From Candidatus Magasanikiibacteriota bacterium (GTDB lineage: Bacteria; Patescibacteriota; Patescibacteriia; Magasanikbacterales; GWA2-37-8): DNA of 64,000 bases. This document shows, piece by piece, positions 1-8,778 of the stretch. The stretch spans positions 385 to 64,384 of the forward strand of contig JACPGS010000005.1 in assembly GCA_016189025.1 (NCBI GenBank), in the 5' to 3' direction. Both the position numbers and the translations under genes were made by a program. Position 1 is the first letter of the stretch, and every line of letters begins with the position of its first letter. The notes below the pieces were generated by a model. That model saw nothing but the letters and a program-made list of their open reading frames with translations. It ran no database searches and was not told where the DNA came from.

Positions 1-1194
1 CACCGGCGCCATTTTGCCGGTTTCCATTAAAGTAAGCAGTTCAAACAGCTGATGCAGAGTGCCAAAGCCGCCGGGGAAAAAGATAAAAGCCCGGGAGGGG
101 GAAGTAATAATCAGCTTGCGGACAAAAGGAAAGACAAAATCAATAGAGCGCGTTAAATAACTGTTCATCCGCTGCCGGCCGCGTAATCGCATATTGATGC
201 CAATACTCTCCCCGCCTGATTCCCAGGCGCCTTTGTTGGCGGCTTCCATTATCCCCGGGCCGCCGCCGGTTACCACGGCTAATTTTTGCTTGGCCAGTAA
301 TTGCCCAACTTCATAGGCAGCGCGGTAATAAGGGGAGCCGGGCAGCACGCTTTTGGTGCCGAGCACGGTAACGTTTTGTCCTAATTCGGTTAAAAATTCA
401 AAACCCTCCACCAGTTCGGCCATAATGTGAAAAATCTTCCAGTCGGTCCCCTGGATGCACAGCGGGTTGGTAGGGTCGTCGGTGCAGACATTGGGGCGGT
501 CAGCAGTGTCTTTCACTATCGCATAAGCCTCCTCGGCGCTACTAGCCACCTGGCAGTGCCGGGTATCGGCCTCGGTAATCGCCTGCACTTCGCCCAGGCT
601 TTTCTCGCGCAAAAATTTTAAGAGCGGCTGCCAGTATTCCGGCCCCACCAGCGACAGCGGCGCCGAATCCATCTGGCCAAGCTCCATATAATCCAGCACT
701 TCAAAAAATTCATCCAGCGTGCCGAAGCCGCCCGGGAAAAAGACAAAGGCGTTGGCGGGCGAAGTGAGCATTACTTTGCGGGTAAAAAAGTAATAGAACG
801 CCACCGAATCTTTAACATAAGGATTAATGCGCTGTTCGCGGGGCAGCTGAATGTTGAGCCCGACCGATTGGCCGCCGCCCTCGTGCGCGCCCTTGTTGGC
901 CGCTTCCATTATTCCGGGCCCACCGCCGGTGATGGTGGTAAAACTGTTTTTGGCGAGGAGTTTGCCCAGCTGTTCGGCAATTTTGTAATAAGGATTATTG
1001 GCCGGCAAACGCGCCGAGCCCAGAACAGTAACTTCTTTGGTGAATTTGCCGAGAAATTGATAGCCCTCCACGAACTCCGCCATAATCCGAAAAATCCGCC
1101 AGGAGTCGCGGTAGTTAATGGGCGCACCGGCAGTCACCAAAGCCGGCGAGGCGACTGTCGGGCTAACTGTTGGAGTAGATGCTTTACGAGGCAT
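1..1194 (-). CDS. LOG-family (cytokinin riboside 5-prime-monophosphate phosphoribohydrolase-like / TIGR00730) protein. Two LOG units fused in one frame; C-terminus lies beyond window start
   Basis: Own minus-strand translation (this ORF runs off the window edge and is absent from the ORF track). Unit 1: MAEFVEGYQFL...TITGGGPGIMEAANKG...FFPGGFGTLDEFFE. Unit 2: MAELVEGFEFL...VVTGGGPGIMEAANKG...FFPGGFGTLHQLFE. No stop codon between the units. Candidate starts at 1194 (4 nt after the gatA stop) or 1083. Confidence 0.6.
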   Translation of the reverse strand, partial: MPRKASTPTVSPTVASPALVTAGAPINYRDSWRIFRIMAEFVEGYQFLGKFTKEVTVLGSARLPANNPYYKIAEQLGKLLAKNSFTTITGGGPGIMEAANKGAHEGGGQSVGLNIQLPREQRINPYVKDSVAFYYFFTRKVMLTSPANAFVFFPGGFGTLDEFFEVLDYMELGQMDSAPLSLVGPEYWQPLLKFLREKSLGEVQAITEADTRHCQVASSAEEAYAIVKDTADRPNVCTDDPTNPLCIQGTDWKIFHIMAELVEGFEFLTELGQNVTVLGTKSVLPGSPYYRAAYEVGQLLAKQKLAVVTGGGPGIMEAANKGAWESGGESIGINMRLRGRQRMNSYLTRSIDFVFPFVRKLIITSPSRAFIFFPGGFGTLHQLFELLTLMETGKMAPV

Positions 1195-1198
1195 AAAA

Positions 1199-2638
1199 TT
1201 AATAAAATGACAATTGATGGCCGACGCTCATTACTAATGCTTCGGATAATCGTGGACCCATAATTTGTACTCCTACCGGCAATCCAGCGGCAGTTTTTCC
1301 CGCGGGCACGGATAGCGCCGGAATGCCGGCTACCGCTGCCGGGCCGACCAAAACATCAGTCAGATACATCGCTAGAGGGTCCGCCGCCTTCTCTCCCATG
1401 CCGAACGGTGGAAACGGAGAAGTGGGGGAAATCAGCACATCCACCTTGTCAAATACTTGATCAAAATCCTGTTTAATCAAAGTCCGCACCCGCGCCGCTT
1501 TTTTGTAATAGGCGTCGTAATATCCGGCCGAGAGCGCATAGGTGCCAATGAGGATGCGGCGCTTCACTTCTTCGGGGAACCCCCAGGCGCGGGAACGGGC
1601 ATAGACATCATACAGACTGCCGGCTTCGGCTCTCACCCCATACCGAATCCCATCCAACCGCGCCAAATTAGAGCTGTCTTCGCTGGGAACAATAATATAG
1701 TAGGCGGCGATCGCGTATTTGGTATGCGGCAGTGATACTTCTTCAATCTTACCGCCTAAACTTTTAAATCTTTTAATCGCCTCTTCGGTGATCGCTCGCA
1801 CCTCCGAATTCATCCCGGCAACGTCAAAATACTCCCGCGGCACGCCGATTCTCAATTTCTGAATTTCCTTATTTCCCAATTTTGTTATTTCTTCGCTATA
1901 TTTAGGAATATTATCACTCACCGTCGTCGCGTCCCGCTCATCGCGTCCCGCCACCACCTCCATCACCAGCGCCGTGTCCGCCACGGTTTTGGTAATCGGC
2001 CCCACGGTGTCGAGCGACGAGGCCATGGGCATTACTCCGTAGCGCGAATTGCGTCCATAGCTGGGGCGCAATCCCACCACCCCGCAGAAGCTTGCCGGAT
2101 AGCGGATGGAGCCGCCGGTATCTTCCGCGATCGCGTAGATACACATGTTATCCGCCACCGCGGCCGCGGAACCGCCCGACGAACCGCCGGCGACTTTGGT
2201 TAAATCGTGGGGATTCTTCACCGGCCCGTACATGCTATTCTCATTACTCGCCCCATGCCCAAACGTATCGCAATTATTTTTGCCGAGCAAAACTCCGCCC
2301 TGCTCCCTAATTTTTTTAATCACCGTCGCGTCGTAGGGCGGCAGATAATTATCCAAAATTTTCGCCGCGCCGGTGGAGCGAACATCAGCCGTGCAAATAG
2401 CGTCCTTCACCGCAAACGGGATACCCGTAAGCATCCTACCCTCTCCCTTTGCAATCATCTCGTCCGCCTTCTTAGCTTCTTCCATCGCAGATTCGTCGGC
2501 CACCGTAATAAAGGCGTTGATGTCTTTATTGCGTTCGTTGATGCGCGCCAAACAAGCCTTGGTTAATTCAACCGAGGAAAATTTCTTTTTGCGCAATCCC
2601 TCTGCCGCTTGCGTTATTGTCAACTCATTCAATTCCAT
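1199..2638 (-). CDS. gatA: Glu-tRNA(Gln)/Asp-tRNA(Asn) amidotransferase subunit A
   Basis: 479-aa ORF with the amidase signature GGSSGGSAAAVA and a typical GatA N-terminus; directly downstream of gatC. Confidence 0.9.
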   Translation of the reverse strand: MELNELTITQAAEGLRKKKFSSVELTKACLARINERNKDINAFITVADESAMEEAKKADEMIAKGEGRMLTGIPFAVKDAICTADVRSTGAAKILDNYLPPYDATVIKKIREQGGVLLGKNNCDTFGHGASNENSMYGPVKNPHDLTKVAGGSSGGSAAAVADNMCIYAIAEDTGGSIRYPASFCGVVGLRPSYGRNSRYGVMPMASSLDTVGPITKTVADTALVMEVVAGRDERDATTVSDNIPKYSEEITKLGNKEIQKLRIGVPREYFDVAGMNSEVRAITEEAIKRFKSLGGKIEEVSLPHTKYAIAAYYIIVPSEDSSNLARLDGIRYGVRAEAGSLYDVYARSRAWGFPEEVKRRILIGTYALSAGYYDAYYKKAARVRTLIKQDFDQVFDKVDVLISPTSPFPPFGMGEKAADPLAMYLTDVLVGPAAVAGIPALSVPAGKTAAGLPVGVQIMGPRLSEALVMSVGHQLSFY

Positions 2639-2641
2639 AAT

Positions 2642-2938
2642 TCATGATTCTTCGCCAAACACCGCCGGCACCACTAACTCCTCGTTTTCAACCTCCGGCA
2701 TCTGTCCTATTAATTTATCGCGTACATCACAATTTATCGCCCGGTCTTCTCTCACCACATTCGTGAGCCCCGTCACCTGATACGTCCCCTCCACTCCGCC
2801 CGTATCCACCTCATTCAAAATTTTCATATAATCCAACACCGCCGAAATGGTTTCGGCGTGGCGGGCTTCTTCTGCGGGGGTCAATTCCAGACGGGCTAAT
2901 TGGGCGATCTTTTTTACTTCGGCGATGGAGATGGTCAT
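2642..2938 (-). CDS. gatC: Glu-tRNA(Gln) amidotransferase subunit C
   Basis: Internal Met MTISIAEVKKIAQLARLELTPAEE... is a typical GatC N-terminus. The ORF-track start at 3028 is probably too far upstream. Ends 4 nt before gatA. Confidence 0.8.
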   Translation of the reverse strand: MTISIAEVKKIAQLARLELTPAEEARHAETISAVLDYMKILNEVDTGGVEGTYQVTGLTNVVREDRAINCDVRDKLIGQMPEVENEELVVPAVFGEES

Positions 2939-3030
2939 AACGGGAGTTAGTATACTAAAAATAGTTATCAAACACAATGAGCATTGTAATTTTGTTAAAA
3001 TAATGGTAGATTTATCACAAGGAGGCAACC

Positions 3031-3495
3031 ATGGCTACGACCGACCCCGAAGTGAGTGCTTTGCGCGCAATAGAAGAACTCAACCTGCGGGGTTTCCTCT
3101 ATCCCGCCGAGCAGAAGACTCTGCGGCTGGAGCGCTTCCACACCGAGTGCCCCAACCACGTCGAGTGCTGGATCCGGCAACGTCTGCTCGTATTCCTCGG
3201 GACATTCTTCAGGTTGAGGAATGCGCGGGAAAAAGAAGCGCTGGAGCTGACCTTCCTGACCGAGATGGCCGACATCATCTTCCAGACGGTGGAGCCAGAG
3301 ATGCGCATTTCGATTGAGTTGATGGCTGGAGCCATGCATGTCTCTGCCCGCGCTACCTATGTAGCACTCGCCATCTACGTCAAACAGCTCGGCCTCGAAC
3401 GCAATCCGCCTCTCCTGACCATTCGCGGGCAGACGATCACGTGGGAACAGGAGACGCACCGGCACTTGCTGGAGCGTCAAGCTCCCAGTTCGTGA
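3031..3495 (+). CDS. hypothetical protein (154 aa)
   Basis: Strong SD AAGGAGG 5 nt upstream of ATG. The overlapping 222-aa minus-strand ORF has a low-complexity R/G/Q-rich composition and is judged spurious. Confidence 0.5.
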   Translation: MATTDPEVSALRAIEELNLRGFLYPAEQKTLRLERFHTECPNHVECWIRQRLLVFLGTFFRLRNAREKEALELTFLTEMADIIFQTVEPEMRISIELMAGAMHVSARATYVALAIYVKQLGLERNPPLLTIRGQTITWEQETHRHLLERQAPSS

Positions 3496-3610
3496 CTCAC
3501 TCCTGCCCAGCTGACCCGTCGTCCGGCACCACCTCTCGGGCCAGCCTTCGTTCCTTCCCTCCTCGGCCCAATCTCCAGAATAATCAAAGTTTGATTGTTC
3601 TGGAGAGCCG

Positions 3611-3650
3611 AGGAATATAAAACAGTCCGTTACGGCGGGCTGTTTTGATT
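3611..3650 (+). terminator. candidate intrinsic terminator after the 3031..3495 gene
   Basis: aaacagtccgttacggcgggctgtttt hairpin followed by a T-rich stretch. Confidence 0.3.
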
Positions 3651-3716
3651 TTGCTATAGACATAAAACATTGCTGACGCTATACTTTCCCTAGTTCCTTA
3701 ACAAGGGGAGAAGAGT

Positions 3717-3775
3717 GTTGAAATCCGGCCTGGACTGCCGCGCAATAATGCCCGGCGGCCCTTCCGGATTTCAAC
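3717..3775 (+). promoter_or_regulatory. long imperfect hairpin in the 5-prime UTR of the 3791 gene
   Basis: Arms TTGAAATCCGG ... CCGGATTTCAA of 11 bp enclose a GC-rich loop, immediately upstream of the AGGAG RBS. A TAGACA-N17-TATACT promoter-like pair lies about 60 bp upstream. Confidence 0.35.
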
Positions 3776-3790
3776 GCCAGGAGTGTCCCC

Positions 3791-4858
3791 ATGGCTACCA
3801 TGCTGATCGTTGTGCTCGCCGGATTCATTTTCTGCCTTGCCCTGTTGACCTGGCTCACTGCTTCCCAGCGGTGGCACTACACTGAATACCTCTATAATCT
3901 GGAATACTTCAATTTCAAGCAGTTCGACGGGGGCATCGCGGCGGTGGAAAAAAAGAATCCCGCGGCGCTCGGCGCACTCCATAATCTGCTGCGGATGATG
4001 CCGGAACGGCTGTTCGTAGCGGTATTCATCATGATGATTCCTTTCACCATCATGATGGACTTTCCGCCGACCATTATCGCTTTGGCGCTCGCCGCTTCCG
4101 GTGGTTTCCTCAATCAACCTCTGCATACGCTCGCCGGCCGCATCCAGTTCTTTTGGGCGATGCTCGGCGGGCGCGACCATCACGGCACCTGGACGCCTCT
4201 CGCCCGCGCGGAGTTCCAACGGATAGGTGAACTGCACCGGGGGTCAGAGCATGCCCCGCCTAAACGTAAAGTATCACCGGCTACCCACCGGCCGGACATG
4301 ACCAATGTGCTGGTGGAAGTATACTTCACGGTGCGCTGGTGGAACCGGCGGCTCGGCTGGCGAAAGCTGCTCCCGGAAGAAGAACGGCTGATCTGCCTGT
4401 GGCTCGCCGACATCGCCTATGGCATGGGTATTCCTGGCTTCCCGCTGACGCCGGAGGAATTTACCCAACGCCGCTTGTTGTACCACCGTTTCCATTTCCC
4501 CAGCGCCACGCCGGAAACCAGCCAGGCGCTCCTCAATGGCCTGCTCGGCGGCCTGCGCCAGCTGGTGCATGGTTATCTGTCGGTGGCGACGCTGCGCGCC
4601 CTGGTGCTCGCGGCCGAGCGCCCCGAGTTCGCGGACGCCTTCCGGCTCCCCCGGCCGCGCTGGTGGGTGCGATTGCCGGTACAGCTGGCCTTGCTGGGCA
4701 TTAAGCACTTCTTCCTCCTGCCCCTGGCGTTCTTCGCTCCCTACCGCCGCCTTCATTTCCCTTACGAAAAACTCGTCCGCTGGTTCCAAGCGCAAGCCAA
4801 ACGCTACGAACCCGCTGTCGAGCGCCCCCGCGAATCCTCCGCACCCCCGGCCGCCTAA
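3791..4858 (+). CDS. hypothetical integral membrane protein (355 aa)
   Basis: AGGAG RBS; several hydrophobic helices in the N-terminal half. Antisense ORFs 3698..4237 and 4274..4795 are rejected. Confidence 0.5.
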   Translation: MATMLIVVLAGFIFCLALLTWLTASQRWHYTEYLYNLEYFNFKQFDGGIAAVEKKNPAALGALHNLLRMMPERLFVAVFIMMIPFTIMMDFPPTIIALALAASGGFLNQPLHTLAGRIQFFWAMLGGRDHHGTWTPLARAEFQRIGELHRGSEHAPPKRKVSPATHRPDMTNVLVEVYFTVRWWNRRLGWRKLLPEEERLICLWLADIAYGMGIPGFPLTPEEFTQRRLLYHRFHFPSATPETSQALLNGLLGGLRQLVHGYLSVATLRALVLAAERPEFADAFRLPRPRWWVRLPVQLALLGIKHFFLLPLAFFAPYRRLHFPYEKLVRWFQAQAKRYEPAVERPRESSAPPAA

Positions 4859-4962
4859 CCCGCCGCTCTTCTCTCCTTTTCTCCCCCCTCCCTCCTCCGC
4901 TTCACCCCCCCAGGGCAGTGTAATTTATACTGCTGTGGCGGGCGGAGGAGGATATACAAAAA

Positions 4963-4985
4963 CTCCGACTTAGTCGGGGTTTTTT
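4963..4985 (+). terminator. hairpin CTCCGACTTAGTCGGGG plus T6; a copy of the CCCCGAC...GTCGGGG core palindrome acting as a terminator-like element
   Basis: Perfect palindrome CCGACTTAGTCGG followed by TTTTTT. Preceded by the 10-bp inverted repeat CCTCCTCCGC/GCGGAGGAGG and a polypyrimidine tract at 4861..4925. Confidence 0.45.
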
Positions 4986-5012
4986 GACAAAAATCACTGC
5001 TCTTGGTATTGA
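4984..5012 (+). promoter_or_regulatory. sigma70-like promoter for tsaE
   Basis: TTGACA-N17-TATTGA located 10 nt upstream of the tsaE ATG region. Confidence 0.3.
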
Positions 5013-5022
5013 TTATTGTACT

Positions 5023-5553
5023 ATGTCGGTTAGCAACTCGGAACAAGAAACCAAAACGATGGGGAAGAAACTTGCTGCCCGGCTTAGGGGCGGTGAAATT
5101 GTTTGTTTATATGGAGAACTAGGGGCCGGAAAAACAACGCTCGTCAAAGGAATGGCGGAAGGATTGGGAATTAAAGAAGAAATTACTAGTCCCACTTTCA
5201 CCTTAATGAACGTATATCGCCTACCGGCTACCGCCTACCAGCTACAAGCTCTCGTACACATTGATACTTATCGCCTCAAAAATGAGCAGGAATTAAGAGC
5301 AATCGGCGCCGAGGATTATATTGGCAAACTAGAAACCGTGACGGTAATTGAATGGCCGGAGAAGATGGAAAATTTGCTAAAAGGGAAAAAGACGATTAAA
5401 ATAACTTTGGAGCATGGGGAGAACGGCGAGCGAAAAATTACTTCTTCAAATAATTATTCCCTTTTAATTCCGGTGGCAGATACTCCTGTTCAACCGGTAC
5501 CTCATAATCCGGATTATACTTATAATCCTTCCCATACCCAATCTCCTTCATGA
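5023..5553 (+). CDS. tsaE: tRNA threonylcarbamoyladenosine biosynthesis protein TsaE (YjeE-like P-loop ATPase)
   Basis: GELGAGKTTLVKG Walker A and SPTFTL motif. Start taken at the internal Met (MSVSNSEQE). The 3-prime end overlaps convergent rarA by about 116 nt. Confidence 0.7.
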   Translation: MSVSNSEQETKTMGKKLAARLRGGEIVCLYGELGAGKTTLVKGMAEGLGIKEEITSPTFTLMNVYRLPATAYQLQALVHIDTYRLKNEQELRAIGAEDYIGKLETVTVIEWPEKMENLLKGKKTIKITLEHGENGERKITSSNNYSLLIPVADTPVQPVPHNPDYTYNPSHTQSPS

Positions 5554-6643
5554 ATCTAGTCGGCGCGTTGCGCAGGTGCAAAGGGACGCCCAGGTGCGAA
5601 GTAACGCGCGCGTCTGCCGCTGCCCGGCCATAAGCAGTGTAAAGTAAATTAGATTTTTTTGATTTGGCGCAATAGACTACTGCTTGGGCAAGATGCACTG
5701 TACACTCCGGCATCCCGATTTTGTGGCAGGCGTCATACGCGGCATTAGCTTGAATTAGCGCCTCGGCATTGGCCATGCCAATATCTTCGCTGGCAAATCG
5801 CAGCACGCGACGAGCAATATACAAGGGATCAGCCCCGCCCTCCAGCATCCGCGCCAGCCAATAGAGCGCGGCATTGGCGTTTCCCCCGCGCATGGACTTA
5901 TGCAAAGCCGAGATGACGTTATAAAATTCCTCGCCTTGCTTGTCGAACACCAAATGTGTTCGCTGCAGCGCTTCTTTGATATCATCAGAGGTAATTTGGG
6001 CTTCCTCCCCTTTCCCCTTCACCGCCATCTCCAAAGCATTTAAGGCCACCCGCGCATCGCCCCCAGCTAACTCGGCCAACAATTCAATCGCCTCATCCTT
6101 AATTTCAATTTTCCCTAACCCCCGTTCTTCATCCTTCACCGCGCGCTGAATAATCCGCCTAATATCTTCCGGCTCCAACCGTTTCAAAATAAACACCCGC
6201 GACCGCGACAGCAAGGCGCCAATAATTTCAAAAGATGGATTTTCCGTCGTAGCTCCGATCAGAATTACCACTCCCTTCTCTACATACGGCAATAAAGCAT
6301 CTTGCTGCGCCTTATTCCAGCGATGGATTTCGTCAATAAACAAAACCGTGCGCTGCTGCCCCGCTAACAGTCGCTGTGCGGCGGCGCTCACAATCCGCTT
6401 TAATTCTTCCTTGCCGCTCATTACGGCCGACAAGGCGGCAAAGTGCGACTTCGTTTGCTCCGCAATAATGTGCGCCAGCGTGGTCTTGCCTACCCCCGGC
6501 GGCCCCCACAGAATAAGCGAGGACAGCTCATCATTGGCAATAAGCTGGCGTAATAACTTTCCTTCCCCGATAATCTGTTCCTGGCCGACAAATTCGTCAA
6601 AATTGCGCGGCCGCAGGCGGTCGGCGAGCGGAGTAGTAATCAT
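5438..6643 (-). CDS. rarA: replication-associated recombination protein A (AAA+ ATPase, MgsA/WRNIP family)
   Basis: GPPGVGKTTLA Walker A and a C-terminal ...YLPPELKGNNYLKK typical of RarA. Start taken at MITTPLADRLRP. Its ATG overlaps the cls stop in an ATGA arrangement. Confidence 0.85.
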   Translation of the reverse strand: MITTPLADRLRPRNFDEFVGQEQIIGEGKLLRQLIANDELSSLILWGPPGVGKTTLAHIIAEQTKSHFAALSAVMSGKEELKRIVSAAAQRLLAGQQRTVLFIDEIHRWNKAQQDALLPYVEKGVVILIGATTENPSFEIIGALLSRSRVFILKRLEPEDIRRIIQRAVKDEERGLGKIEIKDEAIELLAELAGGDARVALNALEMAVKGKGEEAQITSDDIKEALQRTHLVFDKQGEEFYNVISALHKSMRGGNANAALYWLARMLEGGADPLYIARRVLRFASEDIGMANAEALIQANAAYDACHKIGMPECTVHLAQAVVYCAKSKKSNLLYTAYGRAAADARVTSHLGVPLHLRNAPTRFMKEIGYGKDYKYNPDYEVPVEQEYLPPELKGNNYLKK

Positions 6644-7752
6644 AAATAATCTTCTATCCGCCGGGCGCCCCATTCCTGCAACTTCTGCCAAAATCCGCGC
6701 TTTTCCCAAGCCTCCCGCAATAGCGGCACTGCCTCGCGCCGCCAGTCGTTAAATAATAAATTCAAATCGCGCACCATATTGGCTTCACTAAAGGCAATGC
6801 CGCTTTCTTCATCCCAATAAAAACTGCGCCGGTTTAAATTGCCGCTGCCGATAAAACCCAGGGTAGAATCCACGCTCATTGCCTTGCCGTGATGCATGCG
6901 CGGCAGCAGAAAAATGTCGGCGCCGGCGCGCGCGGTGGCCGCATAATAAGCGCGGGCCGCCCACTCCATTATCCGGTGGTCAAGGCGAGTGGGAATAAAT
7001 AAATTTACTTTTACCCCCCGGCGCCGCGCCGCCGCTACCGCCCGCAAAAACTGCCGATCCGGCACATAATAAGGAGTGAGGAGGTTTACGCTCTCGCGCG
7101 CCATCCGCAAACTGTCGCGGTAGAGCTGGCGCAGGCGGGCAGTGCGGGGATGTTGCGGCGAGTGGATGATAAAACGGATTTTTTCGCGCCACTCCCGCCA
7201 TTCCGGCAAATGTAAGGCGAGCTTAGGGTGAAGCAGGTGACGTACCGCCCCCCGCTCCCCGCCGGCCGCTAAATAACTCTTGGCAAAGGCGCGCAATAAG
7301 GGGCGCACTAAAGGGCCCCGGATCTCCACGTGCAAATCGTCCCAGGAACCGCAGCTAGCCATAATGTTAACCCCGCCCAGGAAAACTGTTTCTTCATCAA
7401 TAATCAGAGTTTTGCGGTGCGTGCGGTGAGAAATGCGGCGCCAAAAATGACGCCAAGAGAACTCCGGGTAAGGCGGATGAAAACGCAATACTTCCACCCC
7501 GCTCCCGCGCAGACGCGCCAGCGCCGCCCCCGACAGATCAGCGCTGCCGATGGCATCAATTATCAGCTTAACTTCTACGCCCGCCCTAGCCTTGTCACAC
7601 ATTAATTGAATAAAGCGATTGCCTACCTCGTCATCCAAAAAAATATAAACTTCCCAATAGATTGATTGGGTGGCGGCCGAGACACCCTGGAACATCGCCT
7701 CCCAGGCCTCGGCCGTGGTACGGTAGAAGTGGTAAGCAAAAGGGAAAGTCAT
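6640..7752 (-). CDS. cls: phospholipase D / cardiolipin synthase family protein (two HKD motifs)
   Basis: HRKTLIIDE...GGVN and HGKAMSVDS...GSGNLNRRS match two HxKxxxxD motifs. Start taken at MTFPFAYHF. Confidence 0.75.
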   Translation of the reverse strand: MTFPFAYHFYRTTAEAWEAMFQGVSAATQSIYWEVYIFLDDEVGNRFIQLMCDKARAGVEVKLIIDAIGSADLSGAALARLRGSGVEVLRFHPPYPEFSWRHFWRRISHRTHRKTLIIDEETVFLGGVNIMASCGSWDDLHVEIRGPLVRPLLRAFAKSYLAAGGERGAVRHLLHPKLALHLPEWREWREKIRFIIHSPQHPRTARLRQLYRDSLRMARESVNLLTPYYVPDRQFLRAVAAARRRGVKVNLFIPTRLDHRIMEWAARAYYAATARAGADIFLLPRMHHGKAMSVDSTLGFIGSGNLNRRSFYWDEESGIAFSEANMVRDLNLLFNDWRREAVPLLREAWEKRGFWQKLQEWGARRIEDYL

Positions 7753-7809
7753 ACAACAATTAAAACAAAAACTCCTAAGAGGGATTATAGCACGGCCAGC
7801 CCAGGCGTC

Positions 7810-7849
7810 AAAAAACAGCTCCACGGAGCTGTTTACGGAGCTGTTTTTT
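7810..7849. terminator. bidirectional intrinsic terminator-like hairpin
   Basis: A6-CAGCTCCacgGAGCTG-(tttacGGAGCTG)-T6. On the minus strand it sits just downstream of the 7917..8573 gene. Confidence 0.4.
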
Positions 7850-7916
7850 GATTTAAGTACAAATTTACGACCGCGCCGGGCTCTTTTTCGTAATTATGGG
7901 GATTTTCGTGCACGTT

Positions 7917-8573
7917 TCACGCGCGCGCCGTTGGCGTGACCACCCCTTCACAACAAACCTGGTGCTGCATGTTCCAAATTAAATATCTCACCGCCGAACT
8001 CTCTAAAACGGTAGATTGGCTGGAAAGAAGTTTTTTAATTTTACGAGCAAAGGACTGTTTAGAATTTTTATGAGCTTCTTTTGGTGTGTGATTTTTAAGT
8101 AATGACACCATTACCTGATTAGACGGTTCTAAAAATATCTCGGCGGTCTTATCTTGCTCTGGCCGCGTTCGCTTATTCTCATCATACAAAAAAATGAAAT
8201 CTTCATCATAACCAATGTACGCGTCCGCTTCGGCTTTTATGCTGCTTGGTCCCAAAATTTTACCAGAACGGCAAGATAGAGCATAAATAACTTTTGACTT
8301 TAACAATTTTTCATTATCACCGGCACGAACCAATTCCTCATTGTCTTGACCAGTTACAACATCATAATTTCCATGACCATTCAAAAATACTATTGTTGGC
8401 TCGTTTTTCTTAATCATACTTTCAAATTCTTTGCGGCTAGCCCGTTTTTTGTCTAAATCAAAAACATCGCTACCTTTTTCTTTGGCCAGTGTGATTATTT
8501 TATTAGCCCAAGTAGAAATGTAGCGAGTGGTCAAATCAAAATTTGGCCTGGTAACAAGCAACCTATGCTTCAT
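7917..8573 (-). CDS. caspase-like (clan CD, caspase-hemoglobinase fold) cysteine peptidase-like protein, 218 aa
   Basis: His-Cys dyad context TIVFLNGHGNYDVVTGQD ... VIYALSCRSG resembles caspase SHG...QACRG, with 37-aa His-Cys spacing. AT-rich codon usage. Confidence 0.45.
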   Translation of the reverse strand: MKHRLLVTRPNFDLTTRYISTWANKIITLAKEKGSDVFDLDKKRASRKEFESMIKKNEPTIVFLNGHGNYDVVTGQDNEELVRAGDNEKLLKSKVIYALSCRSGKILGPSSIKAEADAYIGYDEDFIFLYDENKRTRPEQDKTAEIFLEPSNQVMVSLLKNHTPKEAHKNSKQSFARKIKKLLSSQSTVLESSAVRYLIWNMQHQVCCEGVVTPTARA

Positions 8574-8775
8574 ACAGCGCTCCTTCCTTAAGGCCGCGCA
8601 AGAAACTCATCTCTACCTCAACTATTTTTTGGCCGATATCATCGCCGTTTTCTACATGAGCAATCATTTCATTTCTGTCAAAATTTCCTTGTGAGCCAAT
8701 CGACATGCCAGTATCCTCCGGCAAGGTCTTAAGCCGCTCAATAACTAATTGTTTTATCTCTTGTTCAGAAACCAT
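8563..8775 (-). CDS. hypothetical small protein (70 aa)
   Basis: Tightly packed upstream of the caspase-like gene (11-nt overlap); AT-rich. Confidence 0.35.
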   Translation of the reverse strand: MVSEQEIKQLVIERLKTLPEDTGMSIGSQGNFDRNEMIAHVENGDDIGQKIVEVEMSFLRGLKEGALYEA

Positions 8776-8778
8776 ATA

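Noticed and set aside
1457-2780. Several plus-strand ORFs (1457..1735, 2207..2566, 2373..2780) antisense to gatA/gatC
   Set aside because: Antisense to a confidently identified conserved gene.
2995-3663. 222-aa minus-strand ORF overlapping the 3031..3495 plus-strand gene
   Set aside because: Biased R/G/Q/E-rich composition and no RBS; the plus-strand ORF has a strong AAGGAGG Shine-Dalgarno.
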